Assembly (NCBI GenBank): GCA_002256025.1
Contig: NKIB01012676.1
Location: 1 to 64,000, forward strand
Direction of reading: 5' to 3'
DNA from: Asterionella formosa
Lineage: Eukaryota
Length of the DNA stretch: 64,000 nucleotides
Part shown: positions 59,982 through 64,000 of the stretch, piece by piece
How positions within the stretch are numbered: the stretch's first letter is position 1
How the letters are laid out: each line of letters starts with the position of its first letter
Position numbers and translations under genes: made by a program
Notes under the pieces: model-generated
Told to the model about the DNA's origin: nothing
Seen by the model: only the letters and a program-made list of their open reading frames with translations
The model's database searches: none

Positions 59982-61984
59982 AGTAATTCATTGAACTTGA
60001 ACAACCATCAGTTCCAATGTAGACGTCTCGGTACATTGTGATTCTGTTCCAATGTTTTGGAGGCTTTGATTTTGTCGACTTTTCCGACAAAGGGGTTGAA
60101 GTTGGTAGAATAATTGCCTTGTTCTAATAGCATCAGTATGAAGCTTATGGCAGGTCTTAACAGAGAGACAATTTAATTCTTGTTGCATCTTCAGAAAAAA
60201 TGAATCTTTACAGAGTTACATTCCACAAATAGATCTCAGTAACAGCAAAACAATTTGCTTTTTTGAGTCTCTGTAAATATGTGCACCATCAGACTCAAAA
60301 GAAAGCAGCGAAATTTTAGCAGTGTGATATAACCACTCCTGCTGCACACCATCATTTTTACATCCTAATGCCATTTCATGATTTGTTTGGCTGCATGATG
60401 TTGATGATCTAATGATTGGATGTGAGGGGTTAGATGCAAAGTGTCTTTCTGATGGGCACCAAGCATATGTGGCAATCTTGTCTGATCTGCTTCCTGACTG
60501 AGTCTCAGAAGCCTGTGGTGATATCAGTTCAATCAACAACTACTACTTGCCGTAAAACTATCGACCTCTCAAACCCACTATTGAAAGGAAAGAGTCTATA
60601 ACATGACATACTAGAACAATGCAAAACTCTCCTTCCTAGAACAATAGCTAGCATCTCAAAACGTAAAATTCTATCCTATAGTCGTAGTATATGAATCTTG
60701 ATATTTGATAGGTAATTTTAAAAGTACAAAATAAATAATTTCCTTCCTTCACATTAAAAATGTGTGTGTTTATAGCAGGCAAATAAATCTTAAAGAATGC
60801 TTTTATTGAAACACAAATCTAATGGAGTACTACTTGGAGTCGCACTAGTGTCCATACTAGGGGCCCCAAGGAAATGATAGTGAGGGTGAGTCTATTGAGA
60901 AACTCTTAGGGGTTGCAGTTTGGAGGTAAAACAACCGTAGAGATTGTGAGCTACCGGTAGGGCAAGAAGCCCATTCTGGGGCTCTTAGAGGGTTTGGAGT
61001 CATGTGTAGAAAAGTAGAGGGAAAAGCGAGCAGACTGGTAGCAAATATGAAAACTGCACAACCATTTTGGGACAATTGCTTTGAAAATAGAATCCGGGAG
61101 TTGGTAGAATCAATATGAGGAGTGTTTTAGCTCGATGAAGACATGATAAGAGATTAAGTGAGAGGGTCTTGGCAGGCATAGAAAGTAGTTTTGGCAAACT
61201 GTATGGCCATCTCGGTTTATTTGAATCGAGAAGCCTGGCAGTCGATTGCCAGGATGAAATGTAGTAGGCAGAACAAGGTTGGAGCACATCCTATGGAATC
61301 CATTGGCCGGCGTGCTTGGAGAGTAAGTCGAGGTAGGATCAGCAAAGATATGTGACTGGCTGGGTGGAGATGAGAAATAAGAAATGACACTGTGATGGGG
61401 GGAGTGGGTGATTGCAGCTGGAAGGAGCACTTTTTCTTGTTTCGCATGGTAACAACATAGAGAGGGATGAGTGCAATGAGTGAGAAAGGATGACAGAAGA
61501 AGGCGGGATGGTGCTGGAAGTAGGCACTTAATATAGTAAGCATTCATGTCCTGATGTCAATCTTTGACTTCTTTGCGAATTTGGGCGCTTTCTTTTTTGG
61601 AGTGATGACAGGATTGATGCGATTATTGTTGTCCATAGGATGGTTACTTGGAGGTTTGGCAGCGCATGCTGCTTTGTTCGATGACACCATGGTGGGGGCG
61701 GAAAATTCAGTAACAGCACATAGGGAGGGCTGTAGGGCCAGTACTAGTGTAGAGCATGCAAAATACACCAGAAAGTTGCAAGTTGTGTTGCTAAAAATGA
61801 AAAATGTGTGTATTTATACACAATCAGCCATCCTACTAGTTCCATATCCAAGTCTGCTTGGAACATGCATTGCCTCTTTAAAGAAGCATTGAAGCAAATC
61901 ATAATTATATGAGTTGCAATAATGATAACTGCTGTTGATCATTCCTCCCAAATTCTCCGCTGTTGCCATTAGAAATAAAAATGG

Positions 61985-62038
61985 TGTCTTTGTTGATTAA
62001 TTTAGTTACATTGTCTTTGTTGATTAATTTAGTTACAT
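61985..62038 (+). repeat. Perfect 27-bp tandem duplication
   Basis: tgtctttgttgattaatttagttacat x2. Confidence 0.85.
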
Positions 62039-62302
62039 GTCATAAATTAAATTTATAGAATTAGTTTTGCTTAACGCTGTATCTGCCGCAATGCACACAG
62101 ATACACATTTCGGAGCAACAAAAAATTTGTTGCTGGTAGCGACATTATTGATGAACTCAAACACAAAAGGACAGTTGTGAAGGAAATCGATGAACTAAGT
62201 AATTTATGAGTGAGTGGACAGGCTAGGGCTAGCTTGCTTGATTAGGTTCTGGGTCATTTGGCGGAGAAACCCGGAGGATGCCGATGGGTTTATCAACAAA
62301 CA

Positions 62303-62462
62303 TGTCAGTGTGTGTCTGTTAGGCTGTTGATGCCGACAGATGTCCGAAGACTAGATGTAGCCTGAGGAATGTCTAAACGGAAATAGACAGTATTTATTTA
62401 GCAGAATAATACGCAAACGAGCGGCGCGAGAAAGATCTTGACCAGTAATTCAAGGGCAGAAC
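62303..62462 (-). repeat. Dispersed repeat, inverted copy of 32861-33022
   Basis: tgtctgttaggctgttgatg...ctgaggaatgtctaaa...tagcagaataata...acgagcggcgcgagaaaga. Confidence 0.75.
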
Positions 62463-64000
62463 TGGCTGGAGCGCGCTTGAAGAGGCGCCATACATTGCAA
62501 CAGCAACATACCACCTGGATGTGTGAGATACAAAAGCTTGGGCCAAGCAATATTTTTAAATTTTTGTATCTCTATCAAGACCTGCACTTATGGCGAGAAA
62601 GATGCAGAAAGGAACTTCTTCTTCACACCCTGAATTCTAGGTCACACCTAAAAAATAGTCAGTACATTTACAGCACGTATATACGGAATGACTTCTACCC
62701 CAAGCGGATCACATTCATCTACAGCTAACACAGCCAGAAAATAACTGATATTACATTTTGCCAAGTGAAATTTCAACATATAGCTAATAAAGTGTTAAAG
62801 TATTGTTACGTTTACAAGATAGATCTATCATTAGACAAAGATGACTATAGACAGAGACATTTGTTTATCTTTTGTTGCTGAATTCTTATCATTGTGAGTT
62901 ACTAAACTAGATAATAGGTTTATTCGGTTGGAAAAACAAACAAACAATTCACCAAATGCTGTTTGCATTTGTCAGGTCATACATTTATAGAGAGACACGT
63001 TTCTACCTCACATTCATTGATCACAGATTTATGACCATTGATCATTAGATTCAAATTTATTGGTCTTCCGCATACAAGTCTATATCGTCCGGCTCATTAT
63101 AACAGAATAAAATCATGTGTGGTTGATGGGAGCTTGGTACACCCTAAGTTGACTCATTAGACAGTGAGTCATAACTATTAGGATACGTTCACTTTGGCAA
63201 TATAGCATATCTGCTTTAATAATTGAATAGTATTTATAGATTTTTGCGGCAAGTAGCTCATTCCTCACCTCAACCTGCCACTTGACCAGCTAACTGAGAC
63301 CCATGCTCAATGGGGGTATTATCAGAAATCTGGTTGGTACTAAATAAATGTGGCTTTCCAACAGGAACTTTGTTAGGTATGATTCTTAAATAGGTAGGCC
63401 ACTTAGTTTGCTCTGAATGCCAATGCCGGCCCTTTGGAGTCACTGTGGAACTCCTAATCATGACCGAGCCACAACATTAAATGCCTTCCTGCAATAAAAC
63501 TCTGACCTTTCCTAATGTAGCAACCCTTTTTCATGTGCAACCAAATCTAACCTTCTCATGAGAAGCTTGAACTCCTCTAACCTTCGCCTACCATTTGTCA
63601 AAAATTCAACATCCATGGGCTTTAAAAATTTTCATGGCACACTGTGGTTCTGAAATCATGTTTTTGTATGCAACAAGGAGGCCGCATTTCGGGAATTTCC
63701 AGTTGAGAGGAACCCATCTAAACTTTCCCTTTTGAATCCAAATTTTGTATTCACCCATCGATTCGGCTTGATCTGTATTATCACCAGTAGCTGACCTTGG
63801 CATCCTTCGATCTAGCTCCTAAAAAATCGTCACTCAGCAACTTGGTAATGAATTACTGTCGATAAAGTGTTTTCTGTTCTGCTGTTCAGATGTTTGTTTT
63901 CTAGTCGCTTTGATTTGTTGGGGGAGAGGATGTTGATGATGACGACAACCAATTCTGATTTCCATCGCGAATAACATTTCAACCTCCATGTCCACCAGTT

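Noticed and set aside
60000..61900. Overlapping short ORFs upstream of the TPR-like gene
   Set aside because: Fragmentary and low-complexity, with no identifiable domain.
1..64000. tRNA, rRNA or other structured RNA genes
   Set aside because: None recognised by eye; tRNAscan-SE or Infernal would be needed to exclude them.

Overview
Eukaryotic nuclear DNA, most consistent with a pennate diatom. The evidence is short GT-AG introns, a phosphoketolase/acetate kinase gene pair, helicase-associated (HA) domain paralogs, Ty1/copia remnants and a bipartite-like plastid presequence; the taxon is inferred, not proven. The left ~40 kb is a transposon-rich region holding five paralogs of a polyQ + 3xHA-domain + acidic + NLS protein: three intact, one 5'-deleted mosaic and one decayed. 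It also holds three copies of a ~1.55-1.75 kb non-coding element, several copia and DNA-transposon relics, and three single-copy genes (TLDc protein, EH/DFGxF-repeat synergin-like protein, hypothetical protein). The right ~22 kb has housekeeping and metabolic genes: an RlmI-like methyltransferase, head-to-head phosphoketolase and acetate kinase, a membrane protein, PIG-L, RNA polymerase III RPC2 and a TPR-like protein. The most unusual signal is strong non-coding enrichment of TACCGGTA/TACCAGGTA/TACCTGGTA, which match the excision footprints expected from a small TA-flanked MITE (ends CCT...AGG) found twice in the window. All coordinates and counts were read by eye.
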